Source of the DNA: Gemmatimonadota bacterium
Lineage (GTDB): Bacteria; Gemmatimonadota; Gemmatimonadetes; Gemmatimonadales; Gemmatimonadaceae
DNA length: 64,000 nt
NCBI GenBank assembly: GCA_040389905.1
Contig: JAZJZK010000003.1
Coordinates: 1-64,000, forward strand
Reading direction: 5' to 3'
The translations under genes were made by a program, and so were the position numbers. Under the pieces are notes generated by a model. The model ran no database searches and had not been told where the DNA came from. It worked only from the letters and a program-made list of their open reading frames with translations. Of the stretch, positions 37,196-46,340 are shown in pieces (position 1 is the stretch's first letter; each line of letters begins with the position of its first letter).

Positions 37196-38644
37196 ATGCA
37201 CCGCTTTTCACGTTCTCCCATCATCGGCCAGGCCGCCGTCTCAATGGGTCTTGTGCTTGCCCTCGGCTGCAGCGACGCGGCCGCCCCCGTTGCACCCGTG
37301 GCGGCGTCGCTTCAGGCAACCACAAGTCTTTCGCAATCAGCAACGGTCGGTACCAGTGTTGCTGTCGCGCCCGCCGTCCGCGTCGTCACGTCGGGCGGTG
37401 CGCCCGTTTCCGGCGTTTCCGTCTCCTTCATGACTGAAAGCGGCGGCGGCACTGTGGCGCTCGCGTCCGCTACATCTGGCGCAGACGGCATTGCCTCAGC
37501 GGGAAGCTGGACGTTGGGCACCACGGCCGGCAACCAGACTGTTCGCGCCGCCGCAAACGGCTTGGCGCCCGTCACCTTCAGTGCGACGGCACTCGCCGGT
37601 CCTGCTGCACAAATCGCCCCGTCCACTGGTTCCGGTCAGACCGCCCTCACCGGCGCCGCTGTCGCGGTGAAGCCTGCCGTCGTAGTCCGGGACGCGTTCG
37701 GGAATGCGGTCCAGGGAGCGAGCGTCAGGTTCGACGTCGCGAGTGGTGGAGGTACCGTCACCGGTGCATCGGCATCCACCGACCTGACTGGCATTGCGAC
37801 CGTCGGCGGGTGGACACTCGGCATCGTTCCCGGCGTTCAAACGCTCATCGCCCGTCTGGGAAATGGATCAATCTCCACAACGCTCTCGGCGACCGCAGCA
37901 CTTCCCTCCGGATGTATCGCGGCACCGTACGCGATTGGCGCGACGATTCCCGGCACATGGGCCACCGACGACTGCAAGTCCCCCGGAGCGCGGGGCATCT
38001 TCGACCCCGCCAACGCGCTATATGACCAGTACGACCTTGTGCTCACCGCCCAGACGCAGTTTCGCGCGACCGTGACGGGACCCGTTGATCGCTCGCTCCG
38101 GATCAGGCGCAAGACCAGCGGCGAGATCGTGGCACAAATGGGCTCGACGCCCTTCAATCCATCCAATGCCACAACGACGCTCGAGATGAAGTATGCCCTC
38201 GCCGCGGGCGCATACGTCATCGAAGTGCAGTCTCCCACTGCAGGCGCAACCGGCCCCTATTCGCTTTCGACCGCACTGGACAACACCGCGACGTGCACGC
38301 CGATCATCTTCGGAACCTACGACATCACGCTCAGCGACAGCGTGAGTCCCACGACCGATTGCTTCTTTCTCGGTGGCTACGAGGATCGGCTCGTGATGGT
38401 GTTGCCGACTGGGCTCAGTCTTCGCTTCACGCTGTCGTCGACGGAAATGGCACCCTTCCTCGTTTTCCGTGATGACCGGCAAGCGGCTGCGTCACCGACA
38501 CTGCAGACGGCGCGCGCCACGGCGCCGGGCACGGTGACCTTCGATTGGACGACAACGTTCAGTGGTTACTACGAAGTCATCATGACGACGCTGGAGGCCG
38601 CGAAGGGTCAGAAGTACACGCTGAAAATCGAGAGGCTGCCGTAG
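37196..38644 (+). CDS. Lipoprotein with two Ig-like (Big_1-like) domains and PPC-like C-terminal domains
   Basis: Lipobox LALGC; duplicated V.V.D..G..V.G..V.F....GGG...T...G.A....WTLG unit; LAAGAYVIEV and GYYEVIM. Confidence 0.75.
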   Translation: MHRFSRSPIIGQAAVSMGLVLALGCSDAAAPVAPVAASLQATTSLSQSATVGTSVAVAPAVRVVTSGGAPVSGVSVSFMTESGGGTVALASATSGADGIASAGSWTLGTTAGNQTVRAAANGLAPVTFSATALAGPAAQIAPSTGSGQTALTGAAVAVKPAVVVRDAFGNAVQGASVRFDVASGGGTVTGASASTDLTGIATVGGWTLGIVPGVQTLIARLGNGSISTTLSATAALPSGCIAAPYAIGATIPGTWATDDCKSPGARGIFDPANALYDQYDLVLTAQTQFRATVTGPVDRSLRIRRKTSGEIVAQMGSTPFNPSNATTTLEMKYALAAGAYVIEVQSPTAGATGPYSLSTALDNTATCTPIIFGTYDITLSDSVSPTTDCFFLGGYEDRLVMVLPTGLSLRFTLSSTEMAPFLVFRDDRQAAASPTLQTARATAPGTVTFDWTTTFSGYYEVIMTTLEAAKGQKYTLKIERLP

Positions 38645-38685
38645 TCGCGTACCATTTTTCAACGACTCCGACCCCGACCGGGGGC

Positions 38686-39264
38686 TCAGTCAAGGGCGGC
38701 CAGTATTTCAGCCGTCGACCGGACGCGTGAGATTCGCGGAAGAATCCGCGTCATCGAAAATGCATGCATGTCGGCGGACATGCTCGAGCACGCGTCTTCC
38801 GCCACGATGACGTCGTAGTTGTGCTGCCAAGCTTCGCGCGCCGTGCCTTCGACGCCGAAGTTCGTCGCGATCCCGCACAACACGATCGACGTGATCGCCC
38901 GGCGACGGAGCTGCAGGTCGAGCTCCGTGCCGTGGAAGGCGCCCCACTGTCGTTTCGTGATCCGGATGTCGGCGTGCAGGCTCGCCATCTCGGGCACGAA
39001 GTTGGCCCAGTCCGGCGGCAATCCGCCCGGCGGCGCGGGCATCGGTTCGTCGACCACCTGCGGCGGCCGAAGCACACCGGAACTTCCGAACGACACATGC
39101 ACCAGCGCGAGCGGTGCGCCAATCTCGTTGAAGCGCTGGCCCAACGACGCCGCGCGCTCGATCACCTGCCCGGACGAATGCGGCGCGAGTGCACGCGCCA
39201 CGATCCCGTTCTGAAGATCGATGACGACGAGCGCAATTCGTTGGGCATCAAGCTCCAGTGTCAT
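38686..39264 (-). CDS. Isochorismatase/cysteine hydrolase family protein
   Basis: LVVIDLQNGI, ITKRQWGAF, GIATNFGVEGTAR, AEDAC. Confidence 0.92.
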   Translation of the reverse strand: MTLELDAQRIALVVIDLQNGIVARALAPHSSGQVIERAASLGQRFNEIGAPLALVHVSFGSSGVLRPPQVVDEPMPAPPGGLPPDWANFVPEMASLHADIRITKRQWGAFHGTELDLQLRRRAITSIVLCGIATNFGVEGTAREAWQHNYDVIVAEDACSSMSADMHAFSMTRILPRISRVRSTAEILAALD

Positions 39265-40685
39265 GAGACTCGTCCCTCCTCGGTTTCGACTTCTTCCGCA
39301 ATCCGGCCGGCAAGCTTTTCATCAGGCGTTGTGAGCCGCTTCTTTTTCCAGTCGCCCTTGGCATAGACGGCCAGCGTGATACCAACGATCAGCACGTTCG
39401 AGATGGGAAACGCCCACCAGATACCACGCTCGTGCAAGGACGTATGCATCGACAGCATGTAGGCGAGCGGAAACTGAAGTACCCACTGCGAGACGAGTGT
39501 AATCATCATCGTCATCACCATGTTGCCCGACGCACGGAGCACCCCGGTCATCGAAAACTGCGCGCCGAGAAATCCCCATGAGAGCGCCATCGTGCGAAGG
39601 TAGACCGCGCCCGCGGCGATGACGTCGGGGTCGTTGGGCACGAAGAAGCGAACGAGCTGCGGCGCCGTAAGGAAGGCAATCACGCCCAATCCGCTCAGGA
39701 TGCCGAAACCCATCCAGCTTCCCAGCCGCCCGATCCGCGCGGCGCGCTCGATGTTGCCGGCGCCGATGTTCTGGCCCACGAGTGTCGACACAGACATCGA
39801 CAAACCCATCGCGGGTATCATCACCACCTGAAGAATCGTCGAGCCCACGCCATACGCGGCCATCGTCAGCGTCCCGAAGCTCGCGATGAGAAAGGTCAGC
39901 ACCGTGAGGCCCAGTGCCCGCGCGGACTGCTCGATCGACGCAGGAAAACCCAGCAGGAACGCGCGCTTGATGTACGCGCGATCCGGAATGAAGTCGTGCC
40001 ACGCAAGGTGGATACCGTATCTCCCGCCGAACAGCACGGCCAACCCGATCGCTGCCGCGATGCTCTGCGTTCCCACCGTGGCCAACGCCGCGCCCATCAC
40101 ACCCAGCGGCGGAAATGGGCCCCACCCGAAGATGAACAGCGGGTCGAGGATGAAATTGAGGATCACCGTGCCGAGCACGATGTACACCGGAAGTTTCGCC
40201 TCGCCGACGCCGCGCATCAGCGACTGGAACATGAAAAAGAAGAAGTTGAACACGAGCCCGACAAACGACACACGCAGGAATCCGATCGCGCCATCGTAGA
40301 CGTCCGGTGCGACGCCCATCAGGTGCAACAAGGCCGGCGCGGCGATGAAACCAATCGTGCCGAGCACGACGGACACGGCGACGATCATCATCAGCGTCTG
40401 TGCGGCGACGTGATCCACCATCTCCTGATTCCGCGCGCCGTAATACTGGGCGACGAGGGTCGAACCGGCGATCGCCAGGCCGACGCCGAGTCCGATGCTG
40501 AGGAACAGCACGGGCGTCGACGCGGACACGGCCGCAACGGCGCTTCCCCCGAGCCGGCCGACCCAGAATGCGTCGATGAGTTGGTATGCTGCCTGAAGGA
40601 CGTTCGCCAGCGCGATCGGAATGGCGAGCGCCATCAGCGATCGGAGGATCGGGCCTTCCAGCAGTCGTGCCGATGGGTTGGTCAT
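39261..40685 (-). CDS. MATE family efflux transporter
   Basis: LAIPIALANVLQAAYQLIDAFWVGRLG, NFILDPLFIFG, GVMGAALAT, GQNIGAG; ATGA overlap with the hydrolase. Confidence 0.93.
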   Translation of the reverse strand: MTNPSARLLEGPILRSLMALAIPIALANVLQAAYQLIDAFWVGRLGGSAVAAVSASTPVLFLSIGLGVGLAIAGSTLVAQYYGARNQEMVDHVAAQTLMMIVAVSVVLGTIGFIAAPALLHLMGVAPDVYDGAIGFLRVSFVGLVFNFFFFMFQSLMRGVGEAKLPVYIVLGTVILNFILDPLFIFGWGPFPPLGVMGAALATVGTQSIAAAIGLAVLFGGRYGIHLAWHDFIPDRAYIKRAFLLGFPASIEQSARALGLTVLTFLIASFGTLTMAAYGVGSTILQVVMIPAMGLSMSVSTLVGQNIGAGNIERAARIGRLGSWMGFGILSGLGVIAFLTAPQLVRFFVPNDPDVIAAGAVYLRTMALSWGFLGAQFSMTGVLRASGNMVMTMMITLVSQWVLQFPLAYMLSMHTSLHERGIWWAFPISNVLIVGITLAVYAKGDWKKKRLTTPDEKLAGRIAEEVETEEGRVS

Positions 40686-40828
40686 GCGAAGAAGTGCTGG
40701 CGGGCCGCAGGTCGCGCAGTTGCCACGCGGCAAATGTATCCTTGTGGACATGACGATTGCTCGGTCGACCCTCGTTTTGCTCATTGCCGGGCGCAGGGCG
40801 CAAAATGGCCCTTGCGCTTCACGTATTT

Positions 40829-40845
40829 GTTCTACAAGATAGAAC
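40829..40845 (+). promoter_or_regulatory. Palindromic candidate PadR operator
   Basis: GTTCTA-CAAGA-TAGAAC ends 1 nt before the padR ATG. TTGCGC-N17-CAAGAT promoter-like hexamers suggest a leaderless transcript. Confidence 0.6.
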
Positions 40846-40846
40846 T

Positions 40847-41182
40847 ATGGCTACCCCAACCCTTGGCTCGCTCGAGCTCACCGTCCTCCTTGCCGTGGTT
40901 CGCCTCGGTGACGAGGCGCACGGCCTCGCCATTCGCGCCGATGTCTCGACGCGCTTGCGCCACGACTACTCCATCGGCGCCATCTACACGACACTCGAAC
41001 GGCTCGGGACCAAGGGATTCGTCACCTCCCGCATGACAGATCCCCTCCCCGTGCGTGGTGGTCGTGCCAGGCGGCAGTTCACGATCTCGGCGGAGGGTCA
41101 GCGCGCGCTCGTTGAGGCGCAACGAAACGTGGAGTCCGCATGGGCAGGTGTGCCCACCACCATCCGTCCGGAGCTCGCATGA
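40847..41182 (+). CDS. PadR family transcriptional regulator
   Basis: LGSLELTVLLAV, GAIYTTLERL..KGFV, RGGRARRQF. Confidence 0.92.
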   Translation: MATPTLGSLELTVLLAVVRLGDEAHGLAIRADVSTRLRHDYSIGAIYTTLERLGTKGFVTSRMTDPLPVRGGRARRQFTISAEGQRALVEAQRNVESAWAGVPTTIRPELA

Positions 41183-41793
41183 TCGCGCCGCCCCTCACTG
41201 CGGAGCGGCTCCTCGAAGCGCTCAGCGAACAGTCGGACTTTCGTGATGCCGTCCTTGGCGATCTCGCTGAAGAATTCGCGCGCCGAGCCGAAGCCGACGG
41301 CGTGCCGGCCGCGCGGTCGTGGTACTATCGCGAGTCCATTCGCACCGTTCCCCACTTGCTCGGTCACTGGGCACGTGGACTCGGTAAGGGCGACATCAAG
41401 CACATCGCGAACGTGGTATTCGCGTCGTACATCTTCGGCGCGGCCCTCGTGTTTGCGCTCACCGGTGTCGTGGGCGCCGTCATGATGGCACTCGGCGTCC
41501 AGTTCGCCGTGGCGGAGGAACATACGGTCATTCCTCCAGTTGGGTTGGCGATTGTCTCCATGAGCTCCGTGACCGGTGGTTTCGTCGTAGCGTGGCTCGA
41601 CAAACGGACGCCGTTGATCAGTGCCATTGTTCTCGGTCTCGTTGTCGTGATTGCGGCGCTCTTGATGAACGCACTGTTGCCGAGGACGCCGATGGCCGCT
41701 TGGTATCAGATCACGGCGTCGACGATCACGATGCTTGGCACATCACTGGGAGCGGTACTGTACGTGCGCAGGCGAATCGCGAGCACTAAGTGA
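41179..41793 (+). CDS. Permease-prefix-domain membrane protein (PadR partner)
   Basis: PP.TAERLL...DAVLGDLAEEF...ARSWY N-terminal motif plus about 4 TMs; ATGA overlap with padR. Confidence 0.7.
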   Translation: MIAPPLTAERLLEALSEQSDFRDAVLGDLAEEFARRAEADGVPAARSWYYRESIRTVPHLLGHWARGLGKGDIKHIANVVFASYIFGAALVFALTGVVGAVMMALGVQFAVAEEHTVIPPVGLAIVSMSSVTGGFVVAWLDKRTPLISAIVLGLVVVIAALLMNALLPRTPMAAWYQITASTITMLGTSLGAVLYVRRRIASTK

Positions 41794-41838
41794 CCGATCT
41801 CGTTCGTCTGACGATGTCGAACTGCGTGAAGCACAGGG

Positions 41839-42034
41839 GAACGCGGATTGAGCGGATCTGAACAGCGAAAACGACGATTCGCTCTGCGACCTCGGCCGAA
41901 TGGCTCGTGACGATTGCGTCCTGTGGACCATCAGAGATTGAATCCTGAATGACGAAGGGCTGACCTTGGTTCACTAAGCCAGCCCTGTGCTTGATCGGTG
42001 TTTTTCTCTTTTCAAATCCGCCCAATCCGCGTTC
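41839..42034. mobile_element. MITE-like element with about 40-bp imperfect terminal inverted repeats (GAACGCGGATTGAGCGGAT family)
   Basis: Left end GAACGCGGATTGAGCGGATCTGAACAGCGAAAAC; right end reverse complement GAACGCGGATTGGGCGGATTTGAAAAGAGAAAAAC. The same termini occur at 54719-54875. Confidence 0.6.
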
Positions 42035-42123
42035 ACTGGGGTTGCAGCTGCAGGCGACGGAACTCGTCACGGGGAGCCAAATGTCGTATTCTCAACGCGA
42101 CCCATCTCCCCCCAACGGTTCCC

Positions 42124-45100
42124 ATGCGATCTCTCAGATTCCTCGCATTCGCGCTTCTCGCGTTTGTCTCCACCGCACACGCGCAATCCCAGACTCGGCT
42201 CCTCCGGTCGCCGACCATCAGCGACCGCAACATCGCGTTCGCGTACGCCAATAACATCTGGGTCGTTGACCGCGCTGGCGGCTCGGCGCGCCGGCTGACG
42301 AGCTTTCAGGGCGCCACGGAGAATCCGAAGTTCTCGCCCGACGGAAAATGGATTGCCTTCACCGCCGAATACGGTGGCAACACGGACGCCTACATCGTTC
42401 CCGTGGAGGGTGGCCAACCCAAGCGACTGACGTGGCATCCCGGTGCGGACATGGTACAGGGCTGGACGCCTGACGGAAAGAACGTGGTGTTTTCATCGAC
42501 GCGCGCCGCATGGGCGCCGAGCGGTGCGCCGCGTTTCTTCACCGTGTCGACCGAGGGTGGGCCGGAAGTCGCGATGCCGATGCCGCGCGCCTACCAGGGG
42601 AAGATTTCTCCCGACGGAAAGCGCATCGCCTACCGCATGAACAATTCGTGGGATGAAGAGCGCCGGAACTATCGCGGTGGGCAGAATCGCCCGATCTGGG
42701 TCGCTGACCTCGCGACGCTCGATGTGGTATCGCCGCCGTGGACCGATTCGAAGGACATCGATCCCGTCTGGGTCGGTGATGCCGTGTACTTCATCTCCGA
42801 TCGTGATGGCGTGGCGAACGTCTGGTCGTGGGATACGAAGTCGAAGGCGCTCAAGCAGCAGACGCATTTCTCGGACTTCGATGTGAAGGCGCTCGACGCC
42901 GGCGGGAACAGCGTGGTCTTCGAGCAGGCGGGCTACATCCACACGCTCGATCCGGCGAGCAGTACGCAGAAGATCGTGAATATCTCCGCGGCCGGTGACT
43001 TCCCGTGGATGATGGCGCAGTGGAAGGATGTCAACAATCGCATGGCGAACCTCGCGCTCTCGCCAACGGGCAAGCGTGCGGCCGTGGAAGCGCGCGGCGA
43101 AATCTTCACTGTGCCGGCGGAGAAGGGCGACGTCCGCAACATCACGAACTCGAGCAACGCCTCGGACATCTGGCCAACATGGTCGCCCGATGGAAAGTCG
43201 ATCGCGTACTTCAGCGACCGTAGCGGCGAATACAAGATGTACATCTCGGCGCAGGAAGGCCTGACCCCACCGCGCGAGATCGTGCTCCCGGAGCCGAGCC
43301 GTCCGTACACGCCGGCGTGGAGTCCGGATGGGAAGCGCATTGCATTCCATGATACGCACTTCCGCTTGTGGCTCGTGGATGTCGCGACGGGCAAGGCATC
43401 GGTTGCTGACACGGATCCGTACTTCAAGGGCGAGCGTTCGCTGCTCCCCGTGTGGAGCCCTGATTCCCGCTATGTCGCGTACCCGAAGCGATTGCCGTCG
43501 TACTATCGCGCTATCTACGCGTACGACGTCACCACCGGGGAGAAGCATCAGCTGACCGACGGTCTCGCCGACGCAACCGCTCCCGCATGGGATGCGAGCG
43601 GCAAGTACCTGTGGTTCCTCGCCTCCACGAACTACGGACTGCATTCCGGCCTGCTCGACATGTCCTCGTACGATCGGCCGGAGACGAAAGGACTGTACCT
43701 CGCCATCTTGTCGAAGACGGAAGCGTCGCCGCTCTTGCCGGAGAGTGACGAGGAGGCCGCTCGCACCGGTGGAGGTGCGCGCGACACCACGGCGCGTCCT
43801 GCGCGACCGGATTCGGCACGCGCGGCTGGTGACACGAATCGGGTCGTTCCACCGCGCTCCAACGTGGTGCACATCGACTTCGACGGCATGCAACAGCGCA
43901 TCATCGCCGTGCAGAACGTTGCGCAACGCGATTACACTGCGCTTCGCGCTGGTGCGCCCGGCATGGTGTATTTTCTCGAACCCAACCCGGCCACCGGAAC
44001 GAGTGAGCCGACACCCGATCTCAACGGACCACCGGCCGCCGCGGGCAACACACTTCACCGCTATCAACTCAGCTCGCGTCGCGCGACGGTGTTCGCATCG
44101 GGCGTCGCGCAGTTCGTCGTCAGCGGCGATGGACACAAGCTCCTCTACCGCACGCCGGGTGCGGCGGGCCAGCTCTTTCTCGTCGACGCAGATCGTGCCG
44201 CGCCGACGGCGGGCACGGGGCGCATGAACGTCGCGCTACGCGCGTATGTCGATCCGAAGCAGGAGTTCGAGCAGATCTTCAACGAAGATTGGCGTAACCA
44301 GCGCAACAATCTCTACGTGCGCAACATGCACGGCAGCGACTGGCCGGCCATGAAGAAGATGTATGCGCAACTGCTTCCATACGTGAACCATCGCGCCGAC
44401 CTCAATTACGTGATGGACATGATGGGCGCGGAGATTTCCATCGGGCACTCGTACGTGCGCGGCGGCGATCTCCCTGAAGTGCCGCGCGCAACCGGCGGAC
44501 TCCTCGGCGCCGACTTCACCGTCGAGAATGGCCGGTATCGCATTGCGAAGATCTACGATGCGGAGAGCTGGAATCCGGAATTACGCGCGCCGCTCGCGAT
44601 GCCTGGCGTCACCGTCCGCAGTGGCGACTATCTCCTCGCCGTGAACGGCACCGAGTTGCGTGGCAGCGACGACCTCTATCGTCTGCTCGACGGCACCGCG
44701 AATCGCCAGACGGTGATCACCGTCGGGGCTCGGCCGGCAATGGACGGCGCGCGCCAGATTACCGTCATCCCGATCGCCAACGAGCAGGGTTTACGTACGC
44801 GCGCCTGGGTCGAACACAATCGCCGGTACGTGGATTCGGTTTCCAAGGGTACCGTCGCGTACGTCTACCTCCCGAATACGGGGCAGCCCGGATATACGAG
44901 CTTCAATCGCTATTACTTCGCGCAACAGGATCGTCAGGGCGCCGTCGTCGATGAGCGGTACAACGGGGGCGGCTCGGCGGCCGACTATATCGTCGATTTG
45001 CTGGGGCGTGATTTCGATGGCTACTTCAACAATCCCGTCGGCGATCGTCGTCCGTACACGAGCCCCGCGAATGGCATCTGGGGGCCAAAGGTCATGATCG

Positions 45101-45483
45101 TGAATGAGATGGCTGGCTCTGGCGGTGACCTCATGCCGTACATGTTCAACAAGCGAAAGATTGGAACGCTCGTTGGAAAGCGCACGTGGGGTGGTCTCGT
45201 CGCGACGACGGATACGCCACCATTCGTGGACGGCGGCTCGGCGATCGCGCCGAGGTTTGGTTTCTTCGGCAAGGATGGTACGTGGGAAGTCGAGAACAAG
45301 GGCGTGATGCCCGATATCGACGTCGAGAACTGGCCGAAGGATGTTCTGGCTGGCCGTGACTCACAGCTCGAGCGAGCAACGCAGGAGGCGATGCGCCAGT
45401 TGAAGGAGCATCCGCCGAAGCGTGACATGCAGGAGCCGCCGCCGAGCGAGTGGGGCAAGAGGAAGCAGCCGATCGTGCCGTAG
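42124..45483 (+). CDS. Tricorn protease-like S41 peptidase (beta-propellers + PDZ)
   Basis: PD40-like WSPDG repeats, HSYV, DERYNGGG, AGSGGD catalytic region, GKRTWGG, VENKGVMPDIDV. Confidence 0.93.
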   Translation: MRSLRFLAFALLAFVSTAHAQSQTRLLRSPTISDRNIAFAYANNIWVVDRAGGSARRLTSFQGATENPKFSPDGKWIAFTAEYGGNTDAYIVPVEGGQPKRLTWHPGADMVQGWTPDGKNVVFSSTRAAWAPSGAPRFFTVSTEGGPEVAMPMPRAYQGKISPDGKRIAYRMNNSWDEERRNYRGGQNRPIWVADLATLDVVSPPWTDSKDIDPVWVGDAVYFISDRDGVANVWSWDTKSKALKQQTHFSDFDVKALDAGGNSVVFEQAGYIHTLDPASSTQKIVNISAAGDFPWMMAQWKDVNNRMANLALSPTGKRAAVEARGEIFTVPAEKGDVRNITNSSNASDIWPTWSPDGKSIAYFSDRSGEYKMYISAQEGLTPPREIVLPEPSRPYTPAWSPDGKRIAFHDTHFRLWLVDVATGKASVADTDPYFKGERSLLPVWSPDSRYVAYPKRLPSYYRAIYAYDVTTGEKHQLTDGLADATAPAWDASGKYLWFLASTNYGLHSGLLDMSSYDRPETKGLYLAILSKTEASPLLPESDEEAARTGGGARDTTARPARPDSARAAGDTNRVVPPRSNVVHIDFDGMQQRIIAVQNVAQRDYTALRAGAPGMVYFLEPNPATGTSEPTPDLNGPPAAAGNTLHRYQLSSRRATVFASGVAQFVVSGDGHKLLYRTPGAAGQLFLVDADRAAPTAGTGRMNVALRAYVDPKQEFEQIFNEDWRNQRNNLYVRNMHGSDWPAMKKMYAQLLPYVNHRADLNYVMDMMGAEISIGHSYVRGGDLPEVPRATGGLLGADFTVENGRYRIAKIYDAESWNPELRAPLAMPGVTVRSGDYLLAVNGTELRGSDDLYRLLDGTANRQTVITVGARPAMDGARQITVIPIANEQGLRTRAWVEHNRRYVDSVSKGTVAYVYLPNTGQPGYTSFNRYYFAQQDRQGAVVDERYNGGGSAADYIVDLLGRDFDGYFNNPVGDRRPYTSPANGIWGPKVMIVNEMAGSGGDLMPYMFNKRKIGTLVGKRTWGGLVATTDTPPFVDGGSAIAPRFGFFGKDGTWEVENKGVMPDIDVENWPKDVLAGRDSQLERATQEAMRQLKEHPPKRDMQEPPPSEWGKRKQPIVP

Positions 45484-45525
45484 CGACCCACGAGAGCATC
45501 CACGAAAACGACGCGCAATGACATC

Positions 45526-45563
45526 GAGGCCCCGGAGAACGCTCACGTGTTCTCCGGGGCCTC
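45526..45563. terminator. Perfect 15-bp hairpin between convergent genes
   Basis: GAGGCCCCGGAGAAC-N8-GTTCTCCGGGGCCTC; no clear U-tract. Confidence 0.6.
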
Positions 45564-45579
45564 CGTGCGCCGTCACACG

Positions 45580-46065
45580 CTACTGAGACGCCATGCGACC
45601 GACGTGCTGGCGATGATGGAACCAGCCGCCGGCAGCGCCAGAGAGTGCACCGAGAGCAACGTCACCGATTGGTGACCACTCGAATTGCGCGGCGTCCGCG
45701 ATGAGAAACGCCAGCGTCAGCAAGAGTGTCGGCCACGCGATGAGTGCGCCGTGCAGTACGTAGGCACGGCCGGCGATGCGTGCGGCGAGGTAGCCTGCGA
45801 TCATTGCCGCACAGACCAATGCAATGAGATGCGCGCCCCTGGGAACGGGCTCCAGTGCCGTCACCACGGTACCAGGCTGGCTCGCAAGTATCGCGATGGA
45901 ATCGTCCGTTACACCCTCGCGCCGTAATTGGCGAAAGTGTGCTGCGCTGGCGTTCTCAGTACGGTTGTTGCCGCGCGACGAGTGCGTCGCTTCACCGGCG
46001 CACGTCAGAAGCGTACTGAGGACGCCACCGATTAGAATGGCGGCGAGTGATCGGAGCCAAACCAT
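45580..46065 (-). CDS. Hypothetical membrane protein
   Basis: ATG 46065 MVWLRSLAAILIGG; about 4 hydrophobic segments, including AGYLAARIAGRAYVLHG. Confidence 0.6.
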   Translation of the reverse strand: MVWLRSLAAILIGGVLSTLLTCAGEATHSSRGNNRTENASAAHFRQLRREGVTDDSIAILASQPGTVVTALEPVPRGAHLIALVCAAMIAGYLAARIAGRAYVLHGALIAWPTLLLTLAFLIADAAQFEWSPIGDVALGALSGAAGGWFHHRQHVGRMASQ

Positions 46066-46081
46066 GGCTAGGAGGGAAGTG

Positions 46082-46334
46082 GTGGAAGAAGTGGTTGAGA
46101 CGGATACGCGGCGCCATTGGGATGGGATTGTTCTGGGCAGTAGCGGGGCCGTCTCCCGAGGTGATCCCGCCTTTCTCAAGTATTTGGTCGTCGTGGGCCC
46201 CGTCGTCTCACTTGCTGCCGCGAGCTGTGCTGCGGGGTTCGCTGGCCCTGGCCAGACGGGCACATGGCCGAGAATTGCTCAAGGGGAATAAGGACGCGGC
46301 CGCGCTGGGGCTTTGGGAAGGAAAGGCGGAGTAA
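46082..46334 (+). pseudogene. Probable frameshifted and internally deleted remnant of a membrane protein gene
   Basis: GGAGG SD, then a GTG out of frame with KKWLRRIRGAIGMGLFWA. A TM-like segment (YLVVVGPVVSLAAASCAAG) is in another frame, then SLALARRA...ELL resumes in the first frame. Confidence 0.45.
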
Positions 46335-46340
46335 CAAAAA

